Of a DNA stretch of 64,000 nt, positions 1 through 13,342 are shown piece after piece; position 1 is the stretch's first letter, and every line of letters starts with the position of its first letter. A program made the translations under genes and the position numbers. The stretch comes from Bugula neritina (taxonomy: Eukaryota > Animalia > Bryozoa). The DNA lies in the NCBI GenBank assembly GCA_964035545.1, contig OZ037771.1, positions 12,272,933-12,336,932 on the forward strand, written 5' to 3'. The notes below the pieces were generated by a model that was given only the letters and a program-made list of their open reading frames with translations, was not told the origin of the DNA and did not search any database.

Positions 1-442
1 ACACCCAGTCTGTGGCTGCTTGTTGGACAGCACTGCTTTAGAGTACCAATTGATAATTGCGATTATAATATATGTTACAAAACTGCTTTATATTACTCAA
101 TTTTGAAATTATCATTGTGATGTTTGGCAAATACCATATTTTTTTCTAATCATTCAAAACATAAAAGCATAAGTTTCAGACCAATATTATATGGTCAGTT
201 ATCTACAGCTAAAAACTTATAGAGGTATATATAATAAGAAAAACATGAAACAGCTAAGATATGGATAGGTAACATAAATACTTTATATAGTTAAATAATA
301 AAGTTGATGTTTTCTGCAGTAGACAAATAACTTGTTCAGCTGTTTCATATAATTAGACATTGGTCGAGAACTAACTGGAATAACTCTAGTGGGAGGAGAG
401 TACAGTATAGATTCATATACAGATGTAACTAATAGAACAAGA

Positions 443-2020
443 TTATGATGACAAAGGGCAGAGAGAAGAACAAGTTAGCAAACTCGTTATTTGATTTTCA
501 GCTGACTTTCTCAAGCTGATCTTATTTCTGTCTGCTGCTGTCTCCTTGATCTCTCTCCACCAATGTTTCTGTGCATGTGTTTTTACGTCTACTGAGGGAA
601 TGGTAGATGCTAATGGTGGCCAAACATCTTGAGAAGCTTCCGGCAGACGTTGATGTAGGTTAGAAGTAGCTGGAGAAACATTAAACGACCTCCAATCCTC
701 TTCAAATACAGATTTACCAGCAACTAATGGAGTTAACAAATCATTATTCTCTGTAGATGTCGTCTCACGTTTTATACCGGTTCTATCTGTTGGTCATTGT
801 TGTGAGTTTCCAGAGTTTAGTTTACTCTTTGCAGTTTCTGAGCTTAAGGGGCTAAAGTCATATGTGAAGCCTTCCACCATCTTTTCATCTTTGTTTAGTA
901 AACTGTCCCGAGTGTTGTCAAATATTTTTATATCGTTTGCCAACTCTTTAAGTTTGTTTTCCGCTACCTTTAACTTTTCCTCTGTGTTATCTAGCATCTC
1001 AAGGCTAATCTTATCTAACTTTTCCACTGAGTTTCTACGCACTTGTTATAGAGCATATTTTTTCTTATCAAGCATATTTTGTGGATTTTCTGCTCCGGAT
1101 ATAATAAAATCTTTTAATATCTGACTTGAGTTATCTATTTTGAAGATTCTTCTGGAATGTCTGCATCTTTGCTTTGAGAAGATAACCCTAACAAAAAGGA
1201 AACAGATCAGGTTTTATCAAAAGGTGATACAATATTTAAACAAAATATATTTTCCATTTTTATAGGCAATGACAGCATATTAAAATATGAAAAATAAAAA
1301 GAAGCTCATATATAGTAACTGTCCCTTCAATGAGTGCAGTTGTATATGTATATCTATTAATCTGTTAAGTTACCTATTTGCACATGCATAAACAACATAA
1401 TTATTTAGACAAATTTAACATAATAAAATATGAAGTATATTAAAGAAACTCATATAGTAGCTGTATGAAATTTTACCTGCACTAAAGAATAAAGCTGAAC
1501 ACTACTCGTAAGATGTGCTCATCACTGAACACTACAGAACTTTTCTCACAAAGTTCTAAAGACATGATTATTAATATATTTAGCATGAGTAATCTAAATA
1601 CAGCCATTTTTAATTTCGAGTAGCTAACTTGCACTTTTGAATTTCCTACATTAAGTTATGACATAACTTTTATTTTCAGCTCATTGTTGAATTTTCATTG
1701 TTTGAAAATGAAACTTATGCCATATAAATTAGTAGTATAATAAGTATATCTAAAACTCATTTAACTAAACTTTAGTCCTGAAAATGTTTCAAGTTGTCCC
1801 ACTTCTCGCAAGATTTTCTAATCGGTTTAAGATATTGTAGTTTGTTTGGTATACATTTCATCGTAGAGTTCCTTGTTTAGGTTTGGAAGTTGTCTCCTTT
1901 CTTTGTAAAAATTTCTGTTAATTTATATATCTGCTGCGTGCTGAGAGTGGAAGCTGCATTGTAGAGTAACTTCTGAAATTATCTTTGCATGGCAGTATAT
2001 AAGGTTTTGGGTATACCAGT
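443..2020 (-). pseudogene. 3' exons of a disabled gene of unknown function (coiled-coil/low-complexity C-terminus; possibly a death-fold-like upstream exon)
   Basis: Terminal exon 1187-443 (acceptor AG at 1189-1188) reads VIFSKQRCRHSRRIFKIDN...YAL*QVRRNSVEKLDKIS...NSQQ*PTDRTG...CPLSS* with two in-frame stops at positions open in the paralog at 63486-63893. Exon 1555-1477 (AG/GT, phase compatible) carries another in-frame TAG. A decayed exon lies at ~1790-2020. Confidence 0.6.
777..1293 (+). repeat. Direct segmental duplication, copy 1 (copy 2 at 63486-64000)
   Basis: Exon and adjoining intron align colinearly with 63486-64000 at roughly 90% identity by eye (e.g. ggaaacagatcagg.tttatcaaaaggtgatacaatatttaaacaaaatatattt). 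Confidence 0.95.
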
Positions 2021-2042
2021 CTGTACTAGTATATAGATATAT

Positions 2043-2144
2043 GTAATAGTCATGCATGAGAGGATCGGTGAAGAACATTCTTTATTTGGTTGATCAACCA
2101 AATAAAGAATGTTCTTCACCGATCCTCTCATGCATGACTATTAC
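2043..2144. repeat. Perfect 102-bp spacerless palindrome
   Basis: gtaatagtcatgcatgagaggatcggtgaagaacattctttatttggttga|tcaaccaaataaagaatgttcttcaccgatcctctcatgcatgactattac; centre 2093/2094, 51-bp arms with no mismatch. Confidence 0.97.
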
Positions 2145-2932
2145 GAAAAGCTTTCAATGCACTAAACAAGATAGCCTATACCATATTACAGGTATTTTAA
2201 ATTATCCTGTAATTTATTATGCTGTGAAATTTATTAGGATGGGTGACCTTCAAGTAGTTACAAGTCATGTCAGAGTCGAACTTGAGTAACTTTCAAGTCA
2301 CAAACCATAAACACTTGGTTTGGAGTTATTAGAGGTACTTATTCAAAAAAATTGACCTCTTCAGTGATTATGACTCAAAGGTGGATTCAGATCGAGCATA
2401 GGATGTGAAAGCTGATCACATGTCAATTTACAAAATATATTTTATTTCATCACAGATTAGGAATGTACAGATCATAATTCAAGTAGTTAGAATGATACCC
2501 TGCTTAGCAAAATAATAGTAAAGTAGAAATTCAACATTAAACTAAAATGTACAAAAACTAGTTTTATAATATTATATGCTCTTCTAATACTATTAGTTAA
2601 ATTCTCAACGGTTACTAAGTATACATAATATAGAAGTAAGCTAAGCTAATCCGTAACTTAATGTTTTTAGAGCTGTGCTATCAGCGAAACAGATAGTAGT
2701 GCTGCACCAGTAACAGTATTTGGTAACAACTTTTGTTTTGGGCCTATTACAAGTCCTTGACATTTTAGGTAATTGCTGTTTTCAGCCCTACATCACTTAA
2801 CCTCAAAAGCTCAGAACTAAAGAAAAATGAGTACTGAGAATGCTAAGACATCCACGATACCAGTTCAGCACTAGTAAACAGTATAGAATAGGTTTTTGCA
2901 AAAATAAACTCTAGAATTAATGAGATTCATGA

Positions 2933-5900
2933 TTAATGCTCCTGATAAGTGAGTGTAGATTTACAGAATAATATAATAACATTCCAGATAACTACCCTAT
3001 AGGCTAATAAATAACTAGGTAGGTCTTTGGCAAGGTGCTGCTGGATGTATTGCTCAGTGGGGGCGGCAGCCATGATGGCAGCAAGACAAGATTCGGCTAG
3101 GTCCAGCTCTCCCTTCTCCACATAGACTACACAGAGGTTGTGTTGGCCCTGGATGTTACTGGGTTCCAGACTCTTTACTTTGGAGAAACCCTGCAACACA
3201 AGTGACTTCATTATATATACACTGGTGACATCACCACATGAACTAGTGACGTTACCACATAAACTAGTGACAACCGTGTAAACTGGTGGCATTAAATTTA
3301 AGCAGCGCCTAGAAAATGAAGACAGAAGTAGCTAAGGCAGCAGGCAGCATGTGAGAAGGATGTAACTGATGAAGTGTGAATAGAGATGTAACTAATAAAC
3401 TGTTATATGAGCAATCAATAACATGAAGTTATCAACTCTGCAGAGACTCATAACCTACAGTAGCTAAACACTACTTACACTAAGATGGAGAATAACAATA
3501 AATAGCCAATTATAGTTGCCAGAGGAAAGAGTTGTGAAAGTAATGTCTGAATAATTGCCTGTAATTAGCAGTATTTTACTACCAAGTTGTGAAGAACATG
3601 CAAATATGTAACCTTGGTCTGTGATATATAGGATAGTGTACTATGATTATGTTACTATATATAACTAACTTTTTAATATATAATTATAATAACATAATGG
3701 TCATAATAACATGATATTATATTACATTATATTATATAGAAACACAGAGGGTCAATAAAAGTCAAAACATAATTACAAAGTTATAACTAGTAAAAATTAA
3801 ATATTTCAAATAAAAGAAATGACAAAACCAGTATCTTTTTTTAATAGTGAAGGCAGTCAATTTCTGTGTCATAATGATTAACTAAAACTGTCTTTAGAAG
3901 AACACAACTCTTAACTTTCTACATTATCGATATTGAATAAATCTATAGTTACAAACTATAGTTATTGAGGGAAAGGTGGGTGAACTATTGATTAGAAGAA
4001 AGGTGAACATAGCTAGACACTAGACTCAATAGAGTTCATATTACTATGTGAAGTACTTATTATATTATACTATAGGTTAACTACCTACAGTACAACACTG
4101 GTATATACAGTACTTCACACTACTACTATTGATTACATAGCAATATGCATATAAAACTGTACAGTTATATAAATTAATTGATTTATATTGAATGGCTGAA
4201 GCCTACATAGATTAGATGTGGCATATCCATTAGTTAATATTTCTAAATACTTAGTTGTAAATGAAATGCAACACACTAAGAGAAGCAGTTTACAATATCA
4301 TGTATATACAAAGTAAACTAGTTCAACTGAATGGTTCTATAAGCAGTTCTCTTTAGAGTTGAGTTTATTGCTTTTTGAAATCCTCAACTCCGAATGCGAG
4401 AACTACTGCACTCAGTGACCCACGACTCCAGGTTGCTTATAGAACCACTCAGTCCGAGTTTCTATTCGCTATCAAATTATCAAAATTAACAAGTTTGTTA
4501 TTTTTTAATCTTAACACAAATTAATAATAAATAGAAATAAATAAAACTAAGGCAAGCTTTTTAAATCAGTTTCCTTTCAATTTTGATTTGAACTCTAAAA
4601 GTGACAAGGGAGACTTGAAATACTAAATATACATCAGAAAGTCACCTGTTCAGCCAGTTGGAGGTCTTTTTCATGATTTATGGCGATATCTCCCAGGAGA
4701 AGGTAACTCTTAACATGGTCAGGATACAGTTGGATATTTCTATTCAGGTAGGGGATGGCGTCAGAGGGCCGCTGTAAACTGTTTGTTAGAAGTAAGGCTA
4801 AGTTAAATAGCGCTCCCTTCAAACTAGGATCAGCCTGTGAAATAGCATTAGAGTCAAAGAGGAAACAACTTCCGTTAACCTGACACAGTTTCGAAAAGTA
4901 GAAAACATTAGAGGAAGAGAACAACACAAGTTATAAGGAATTGAAATCAGCTTTAAAATATAAAACTGAGGAACATTTGAATAAATTCTAGTTTTTTTTC
5001 ACACAAAATCCTTTGAAATCTTAGCCTTTATTTCGCAATAAAATTTGTTGGTAAAAGTCAGAACATCTGAAAGAAGTTTGACTAGACTAGAGGGAAATCT
5101 CTCACCTCTAAACACTGAATGAAATATCTTTCAGCCAAAGCAAACTGCTGGCTGTCGGTGGCCAACAGAGCGGCGGAGAAATAGTTGCGGGGTTCCTTAG
5201 GGTCGAGTTCAATGAGGAGATCGAGGCGTCTCAGCCCCTCCCCGCAAAGTTCTTGTTGGGCCGACTCTTGGATGAGTAGAGCAGAGTTGAAGAGAGCCAA
5301 CTGCAACATGTTACTATATATAGATACTTTCTACTTTATATTAGTTTGACTTGAAAAGACGTTACCACGAGACGACAATTCCCAGCTGAAGACACAAGAA
5401 ATAATAATCAAACAAAATTACTAAATAAAAATAAACTATAAATTTGTCAAATGAAGCAACCAGCAACAAGAAAACCCTCGAACTCTCACCAGTGAAATCC
5501 TATAAACTGATTCCTCATGATGCAACAAACTTACAAGTCAAATGCTTCTCTTCACTTTGATAAAAGACAAATCAAATTAAAGAACTCGTGACAGTTGATG
5601 AATTCATTTTCCTATCTGCCTACGCTGCCTCTGTTACGCTGCCTTAACATACCTGATGCTTGGAGTGAATAGAGAGAGCCAAATCAAAGTGACTCATAGC
5701 CTGCTTAGCATCCTTGAGCTCTAAGAAGACAACTCCTAGATTGTAGTACAAGTCAGCATTTCTCTTATCATAGACTAAGGCCTTATTGTAGAGGGTTGAG
5801 GCTTCTTTCCTGCGTCCCATTTTCATCAACAACTCACCATAGTTCAGATATGCCTGAATGTAACATAATGGTAAATAAAGCAGCACATTTAATTAGAAGA

Positions 5901-8900
5901 ATTTATGGCCATCACCAATACAGTGCTTCCTCCATATCTCACTGAGATGCGGGTCACATTACCTCAATTTCCAATATAATGGCATACCAGATTCAACTGG
6001 CAAATCTGTTTAATTTGGCCATTTTCTCGCTATAAACATACACATAAGTCACAAAAATGGCGGTCCAAGCTCTTCTCCTTCCCTATGGGAATTCGTGAGA
6101 TTTGGAGGGTGCACTGTATTTCAAAACTCATACTCAGCTATGACATTTGAAATGAAACTTTTACACTTTTACTGGAAAATCTTGTTTGGTAGTGAAACTG
6201 GCCAAAGTAAACAAACCAACTTTGAGAAAATCTAGATAGACTAACAGCAAAAAATGGTTACCTTTACACAGAAAAATATTCATATGCTTACAGTTCCCAT
6301 GCTTATAGATGCTTATAGATGCTTATAGATGCTTATGTATACTTAACATACATCGATAAACTCTGGTCTCATGCTAATAGCTCTCTTATAGAGCATTTCA
6401 GCCTCTGAGTAACGAGAAGCATTCTGGGAGATGAGATTTCCGAGTGTGAGAAACACTTTGAGATGAGAGGGGGCAACTCTAGCAGTGTAAGACTTTCCTA
6501 GAAAATACACATCACAGTTTTATACATGTTAAACATGTCACCAAACTAAAATCTCAATAAAAATGGAACATATTTGGCATCCTTAAATGACTCACCTTTC
6601 TTCACGGGCGGGAGAAGCTCCAAGGCTGAACGAAGGGCAACTTCAGCACCAGAGTTGTCTCCCAGTTCCTTCCGTGTTCTGCCTACATTGATGTGTGACC
6701 CAATATCATCCGGCTGTACTCTGTTGTAATGATTGTGAGACTAGCAATACAATGTCTCTTATTTTATAATAATATTATCTTAGATACAAGTAAGAGAAGA
6801 TAACTACCTAACAGCTCTGTAGAAATAGTGCAAGGCTTCTTCAAACTTTCCCTCCGATTCAAGAGAGTGTCCCACATTGTTCCATGCTTTAGCATTCTGC
6901 TCAGTGAATCTAAAATTTAAACGTATCGAATGAGAAGATTTGTCGTGAAAACATGTTGACATTCATGTTACAGGTGCAGGTGTACTAAATGAGTAGCAGC
7001 TAAATTTAGCTTTGAGTAGAATGAATATCACAAGCTGTCAGTAACAATGAGCAGCACCTTTATTCTGTTGCTTATATAACAGTGAGAAGTAGAACCTTGG
7101 AGGTGATGTTAAGAGATAGCTGAGAATTGATGAACATTTTGCTAGAAGTTTTCGATAAAATACTATTATTCATAATATCATATTATATATTATAATATTA
7201 TATTATATTTAATATTATATATAATATAATGCATAATATAACATTATATATAATATAATATTATATATAATATAGCATTATATATTATATTATACATAAT
7301 ATAATATTATATTATTACAATATTATATTATGTATATTATAAGGGTCGTTTTACTTAATTCAGTGCACACTGGAAATCTCCAGTTTTTAGCTATTTTTTA
7401 CAATTTTTAGCTGCTAATGAACATGGGTTTTTACATGGGTTTTTCCCAACACTAGTAAAATATGAATTAATACACCTAAATTATCAATGTGATGTAGAAC
7501 CTTGGAGGTCATGTTAAGATATAGCTGAAAGGTGCTTAAAACAGTGCTAAAGGCTTACTACGATATAATATTATATCATATATTATAATATATAATATAA
7601 TATTATAAATAACATATCATACATAATGTAATATTATAAATAATATAACAGTATATGCAATACAATATAATATTACATATAATACTTATATTATATACAT
7701 TATAATATAACATTTATTACTACAGATATTATAATCAAATAATATATACAATATAATATTATATTGTATATAATATAATATAATATACAATATAATATTA
7801 TATATAATATAATGTATAATTTAGTAATACATATAATATAATATAACAATCTTAGACCTTGTTAACAGTACAACTCAGAATAGACTATCATAGCTATCTA
7901 TTTACTGTGTAGTTTGTTTACATTATCAGTTACTGGTGTTTACTGTTTACAGCTGCAACAATAAGTCACAGTATAATTTCAAACTAAATTATAATAATTA
8001 TAATATTATGATAAATTGTTTTAATTAATCAATCAATTATTTCTAATATATAATAATGTAATTATATAATATATAAATGTAATAGAATTTGTACTAATGA
8101 ATGTTATATAATAGAATGTAACTAACCTCAAGGCAGAGTTGAATAATGAGTAATCATTCTCCCAGTCTTTATTCCTGGACACAGTTCTCATGGCACCAGA
8201 GATAATGAGGAGAAGATAACTCCCTGCTAGGATATACCTGTATATAGACTGTCTACAAGAGAAGTAGTTATATAATATAACATCATAACAACTATGATAT
8301 AGTACAGCAGTTTATAATAATAGTTTATACATTTCCTTCCTAATTAAAAGGGAGGTTAAAAATATGCAAAAAAATTGATTTTAAATATGGAGATTAGAAT
8401 TTCAAAATAATATTTATATACATGGGAATGCACACAAGCACAAGCACGTGCACGAAGACGCACACACACGCGCGAGCACGCGCACAGGCACACACATTAT
8501 ATGAACACATATACACATATATATATAGTTGTGTTGGGGGTCAATTACATATGAATGTAATTAATTACAATTACATAAAAAATTTCAATTACAATTATAA
8601 TTACAGTTAAAATTGATGTAATTAATCACAATTGCATCATGATGTAAATAATTTTAATTACTTTTGTCCTCACAAGGGACAAATAGACAAATTATATTCA
8701 ATTAACTAAAAATAAGGTAATTAATTATAAGTAATTACCATTACGCCAACACTGATATATACACAGACATACACACACAGATATGTATATTTACCTGTGT
8801 TGGTTATACAGGTAGGTGAATACTGAGCCAATCAGAAGACAGTATCCTAAGCTAGGTATATAAAGCACTCTCTCAGCTATAACAAAGCCGACAGGAAAGA

Positions 8901-11900
8901 ACAGGTTGCTGGCAGGTAGAAATGGAAATACTATCAGCACTAATGACTACAATATACAAGGCAATAGACAATGGTTTAATCATTAGCTATACTGGTGAAA
9001 CAGTGTAAGCTAAGGAAAGACAACTTCACTAAGATGTCATAATAATTTCAAAAAGTTAAATATTTTCAGCTATAAGGAGCTATTTACCATAAACATCCTG
9101 TCTGAGAAGGTAGATCTGCACTGAATGGAGTATTTGACTAGTTTGAAGACTGCTATATATGCTGCAACTGTACACACATTCCTATAGTCTAGAAAGGACC
9201 GTATGACAGGCACAGTACCCATTGACCAATCACAGCAGAGGTAGGCGGGGCATACCAACAACCACATGTTAACAGCTACTAGATAGTTGTAAGTCAGCTG
9301 TCTGTAGGGAATTGTCTCATTACTAGCTGGGTTATCAAATCTACAAAATAAACAGAAGGGAGAATATTATGAGGAGAGTATAGCATTTAAAGCTTTGTAT
9401 TACTAATAATAAAGCAAGTCTGAGATCTACCAAACTCTGTAAACTAGGGTTAGAACTGAGGCTATAACACAAAATGACTGAATTTCCAAACTACACAACA
9501 ATTTTTGCATCAAGTATTGATTTGGAAATCACTGATTAGTGCAAATTGGTTGAAAAACTAATTTCCTCAAAACGTCTAGAAAATGAGGTTTGCTAAACCG
9601 TCACCCGAGAAGTAAGAAGACTGGAGTAGCAGACACTCAGGCTAAACAATATAAAGTCACTTTGCAAAACTTTCCAACGTAGCTGAGGGCGCAAAACATA
9701 ATTATCAGCTATTACACTTTGTTAAAAAGAATTCGTCAACAGTGCAGACTTAATGCTGAATTTATAAAAATTCGGAATGAAATTTCACCTGCATGCAACA
9801 ATATTTATTAATGCAACATTATACCTCACAGATGGTTTTATAGGCAGCTCTGCTTACTGGGTAACTGAGTGCAGTAGTTTGCAGTTGGGGGGTTAAGGCC
9901 TTGCCACACACTCGTGAGACTCACACGAAATCGTATATTTAACACGAAAAAATATTTGTACGGGAAAATTTGAGGGAATTCAAACGAAATCGACTTCGTT
10001 GGGTGTACACAACGAAGACGATGGACGAAAAATCACAATCATAGATAAACACCCTTTGAATGGTCAATAGAAATTTAGCAAAAGTAATTGTTTCATTTCT
10101 ACCACGTTTCTCTATTTGACAAATTTCTGCTGTTTTTACCCCGTGCAAGACTTATCCCAGACTATTTAATATGTTTTTTGTTCAACGAGTGTGTGGCTGG
10201 TCATAACGAGAGGCTAACCCACAAAATCATCACACAATTTCGTGTAATTCTCACAAGCGTGAGGCTAGGCCTTTAGGTTGGAACCCCAAGCTCTAAAAGT
10301 GAGAATCCCAAACTACTGCACTCAGTCACCCCCAACTCGGAGCTGCTTATAGACTTACGTGGTAAATACAGGTAGTTGTGCCCCCATGACACCAACTCGA
10401 AGTATCAAAATCAGAATGACTGAAGTAACCATGAACACAGTTCTGTATATCAGCTGTTTGTGTGACGAGGAAAGGGAAGACAACTTCAAAGTCAACACTT
10501 TCTTTGCTAAATCCAACACATCTTTCAATACCATCTGCAATACAAGTTAATATGACAACACAATGCCATATCTGTGTTCATTGACATCAACATTACTAAT
10601 ACTCTGGTCTAAGTTTGTATTTTTTATTAACATATTCTATTTAAAGGACATTTTAATTTGAAGCTCATTTGTAGGCTGGCACTTTGTGATAGAATGCTAA
10701 GATTTACTGAGTAAAGAAACTATGTGAACCAGAAAAGTACATCTTATGTTATGGGAAGGCAAAATCAACTGTATAAATGTGCATTATGTAAAGTTGACTG
10801 CAGCTTTTTATGAACACTTGGTTGATCTAATTATAGTATATAATGAGTTTCCATAGCAACCACAGTGTAGGTTAGAATCTACTATCATTTCCATAGATAC
10901 AAGTTTAGGTGATGCAGCCTGGACTACTTTGATTAACTACTTGTTACTACTAAACAGGTCATCACTTATCACTAAACTATAATTAAGGGTTGTCCAACCT
11001 TTTCAGAGTCACTGAAAGAGAATATTCTGGTAGTGAGGGCCACATTGTAAATTTAGCTTGAGTTGGGAAAGCTAAAGTATCAGTAATTTTCTAATAAATT
11101 TGTTCCAAATTTCGAAGAATAATTACACAACAAAGTGTGTATTACTACTGCAGGCTGCATGTTTTCAATTTATATAAAAATAAGACATTTAAAGGGCGGT
11201 TTTCCCATATCTCACATTCACATATTACTTTATTCGTCATGCTTTTCAGGGCCACATATATGCAGGCTGGGGGCCACATCTGACCCTGGTGTCACCTGTT
11301 GGACAGCCCCGCTGTAACTCAAGCATTGAGTGACACCAAGGTGCAGGTACTCCTTACCTGTTGTACTATAAATAGATCGTAGAGCAGGCAGACGGCAGAG
11401 ATGGTGATGCCTTGTTCCTTACACAGAGTGGCAGCCAACAGCAACAGTACAGTACACAGGTAACCAAATATACCTGAAAGGTTTAGAGTAAACAGGTAGC
11501 AGAGTAGTGAAGATACAGGAGAGTGATTACTAGTAGACTGTTTATCTGCCATTCACAAAGTAGAAATGAACACAAAATAATAAATTGGTAGATAGACAAA
11601 CTGATCAGTTAGTATAAAAGGAAAGCAACTCCAGTAAATATTTCATCGGGTAACAAATTTTGTACTTTAGAAATATTTTTCTTGTTTTAGAATACAAAAT
11701 TCTATTTCAACTGAACACAAAGCTGACTCATGCTGTAATAGTAAACTCATGTAGCTAAGGACTACATTGAATAGAGAATTAAATAAATGATTAAATCGAT
11801 TAGACTGATCTCAATCTCTGAAACATTAGTGATGACATCAATTACATGTGTCAGCATGACAATACAGTGCTCCCTCCATATCTCACGGCTCCATATCTCA

Positions 11901-13342
11901 CGGAAAACCAATAACTCACGACCCCGTTTATTGGCGTATAAAATATACATGTGTATAGAGACAAGATGGCTGACTTTAACAGATCCATGAGTTAAATCTG
12001 GTTTTCTAGTACGTCACGAATTGGGGTTTCAGAACCCGCAGCTTAGTGAGATATGGAGGGAGCACTGTATGAGAATAAAATAGGGAAGATGACTCTAATG
12101 ACAAAACACTTACTGGCAAATCCTTTGCTGTGGATTGACTTGTCGTATACCAGCATGACTAATAAAGCCAGTGAGGCAGAAAGTAATTCGGCCTGACCCA
12201 CAACACCAGTCACAGCTTCAACATGCACCGGGTGAACGGCAAATAAGAGTGAGGAACTGAGGCTAGCCATCGCACAGCACTTGAGTATATCTTTACATAG
12301 CCTGAGAGTATACAATACTTGAGTATATCTTTACATAGCCTGAGAGTATACAATACATATCTTTACATAGCCTGAGAGTATACAATACTTGAGTATATCT
12401 TTACATAGCCTGAGAGTATACAATACTTGAGTATATCTTTACATAGCCTGAGAGTATACAATACTTGAGTATATCTTTACATAGCCTGAGAGTATACAAT
12501 ACTTGAGTATATCTTTACATAGCCTGAGCTCACCAATAAAACTGGACAGTGACTAATGAGTGTAGAATGATGTTGAGTAGATGATATCCATACGGCTCCA
12601 GTTCTCCAAACCAGTAATTCAATCGGAAAGTGAGTACAGTTAGAGGTCGATAGGATTTGTGACTTTTCTCCTACAAGGAATATCTCAGTATTAGAATGCG
12701 GGGAACTGTTGAAATTATCAAAAATCACAAAATTTTTCACTCAAAAGGCTTATAGGTTTTTGAGACTAGCATTGATTAATCAATAACTAAAAACATAAAT
12801 GTATAGTTAGTGCAGTCTAAAACAATAAACATAACAGCTTGAGTAACTTAAGAAAATAAATAAAGTGGTGACACAAAATAAACAAATACCAAAATAAAAC
12901 ACTAAATTTTTACCACAAAAGCATACAAAGAGATAAAATTAAAACATATCATTATATAAACTCAAATAAAACTCACTTTTATCAAGGAGCTGAGTTCATG
13001 AACTTGAAGAAAAACCAAATTATTGCAACAAACAGAATCTGTATGAAAACTTAATTAGATATACAGCTGACCAATCAGAGAACTCTATTATTAAATAAAC
13101 TCAGTTACTGAACGTTTTGATAAGCTACATAAGGGCTAGAATAAACAACATACTTTACTCATGGGAGTGCCCCAGAAGTCATTATAGAACAAGTTAAGAT
13201 AGGAGGTGTCTGGCCTGAGGTCTTTATTTTCCTTAACCGCAGACACATCATCAAACACAAAGTCACAGTGGAGAGCTCCTTGGTACACTACAAGACACAC
13301 AGCCACCAACAGACCGAGACATAACTTGTCAGATAGCATCAT
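2933..13342 (-). CDS. TMTC3: Protein O-mannosyltransferase TMTC3-like (GT-C membrane domain/DUF1736 plus C-terminal TPR repeats), 15 coding exons, ~850 aa
   Basis: Phase-consistent GT-AG exons: 13342-13154, 12670-12534, 12301-12114, 11473-11358, 10534-10359, 9340-9088, 8946-8795, 8252-8127, 6909-6808, 6720-6596, 6497-6352, 5853-5653, 5300-5106, 4834-4646, 3190-2933 (2553 nt). TMTC motifs: [96 protein letters not shown]3-type TPR motifs: [37 protein letters not shown]. Confidence 0.93.
4338..4442. mobile_element. Short MITE-like element, same family as the outer element at ~9838-10352
   Basis: Inverted termini ctataagcag...gttgcttatag; shares the internal segment aactactgcactcagt.accc with 10312-10333. 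Confidence 0.55.
5921..6116. mobile_element. Tc1/mariner-type MITE
   Basis: TIRs cagtgcttcctccatatctcac / gtgagatttggagggtgcactg flanked by TA on both sides; second family member at 11865-12067. Confidence 0.85.
7171..7850. repeat. AT-only (ATATT/ATA)n arrays flanking a fragment (7342-~7490) of the MITE family seen at 23003-23402
   Basis: Low-complexity arrays at ~7171-7340 and ~7560-7850. 7342-7425 matches the reverse complement of ~23325-23400. gtagaaccttggaggt.atgttaaga.atagctga is duplicated at ~7089 and ~7494. Confidence 0.7.
9896..10272. mobile_element. PIF/Harbinger-type MITE nested in an older MITE (~9838-10352)
   Basis: TIRs aggccttgccacac / gtgaggctaggcct with TTA duplicated on both sides (9893-9895, 10273-10275). 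Outer element termini tataggcagctc / gagctgcttata. Confidence 0.75.
10985..11311. mobile_element. hAT-type non-autonomous element (MITE)
   Basis: TIRs agggttgtccaac / gttggacagcccc; degenerate 8-bp TSD ctataatt / ctgtaact (6/8). Confidence 0.65.
11865..12067. mobile_element. Tc1/mariner-type MITE, opposite orientation to 5921-6116
   Basis: Perfect 22-bp TIRs cagtgctccctccatatctcac / gtgagatatggagggagcactg; TA TSD. Confidence 0.88.
12281..12528. repeat. 38-bp tandem repeat (~6.7 copies, one 32-bp variant) forming TMTC3 intron 2 and containing its splice acceptor
   Basis: Unit ttgagtatatctttacatagcctgagagtatacaatac at 12281, 12319, (12357, 6-bp deletion), 12389, 12427, 12465, 12503. Confidence 0.95.

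Noticed and set aside
3221-3290. 21-bp tandem repeat extending ORF 2933-3292 upstream
   Set aside because: Intronic minisatellite; the true exon starts at the acceptor at 3192-3191.
12281-12528. 38-bp repeats as a CRISPR array
   Set aside because: Head-to-tail units with no unique spacers, no cas genes, eukaryotic intron.
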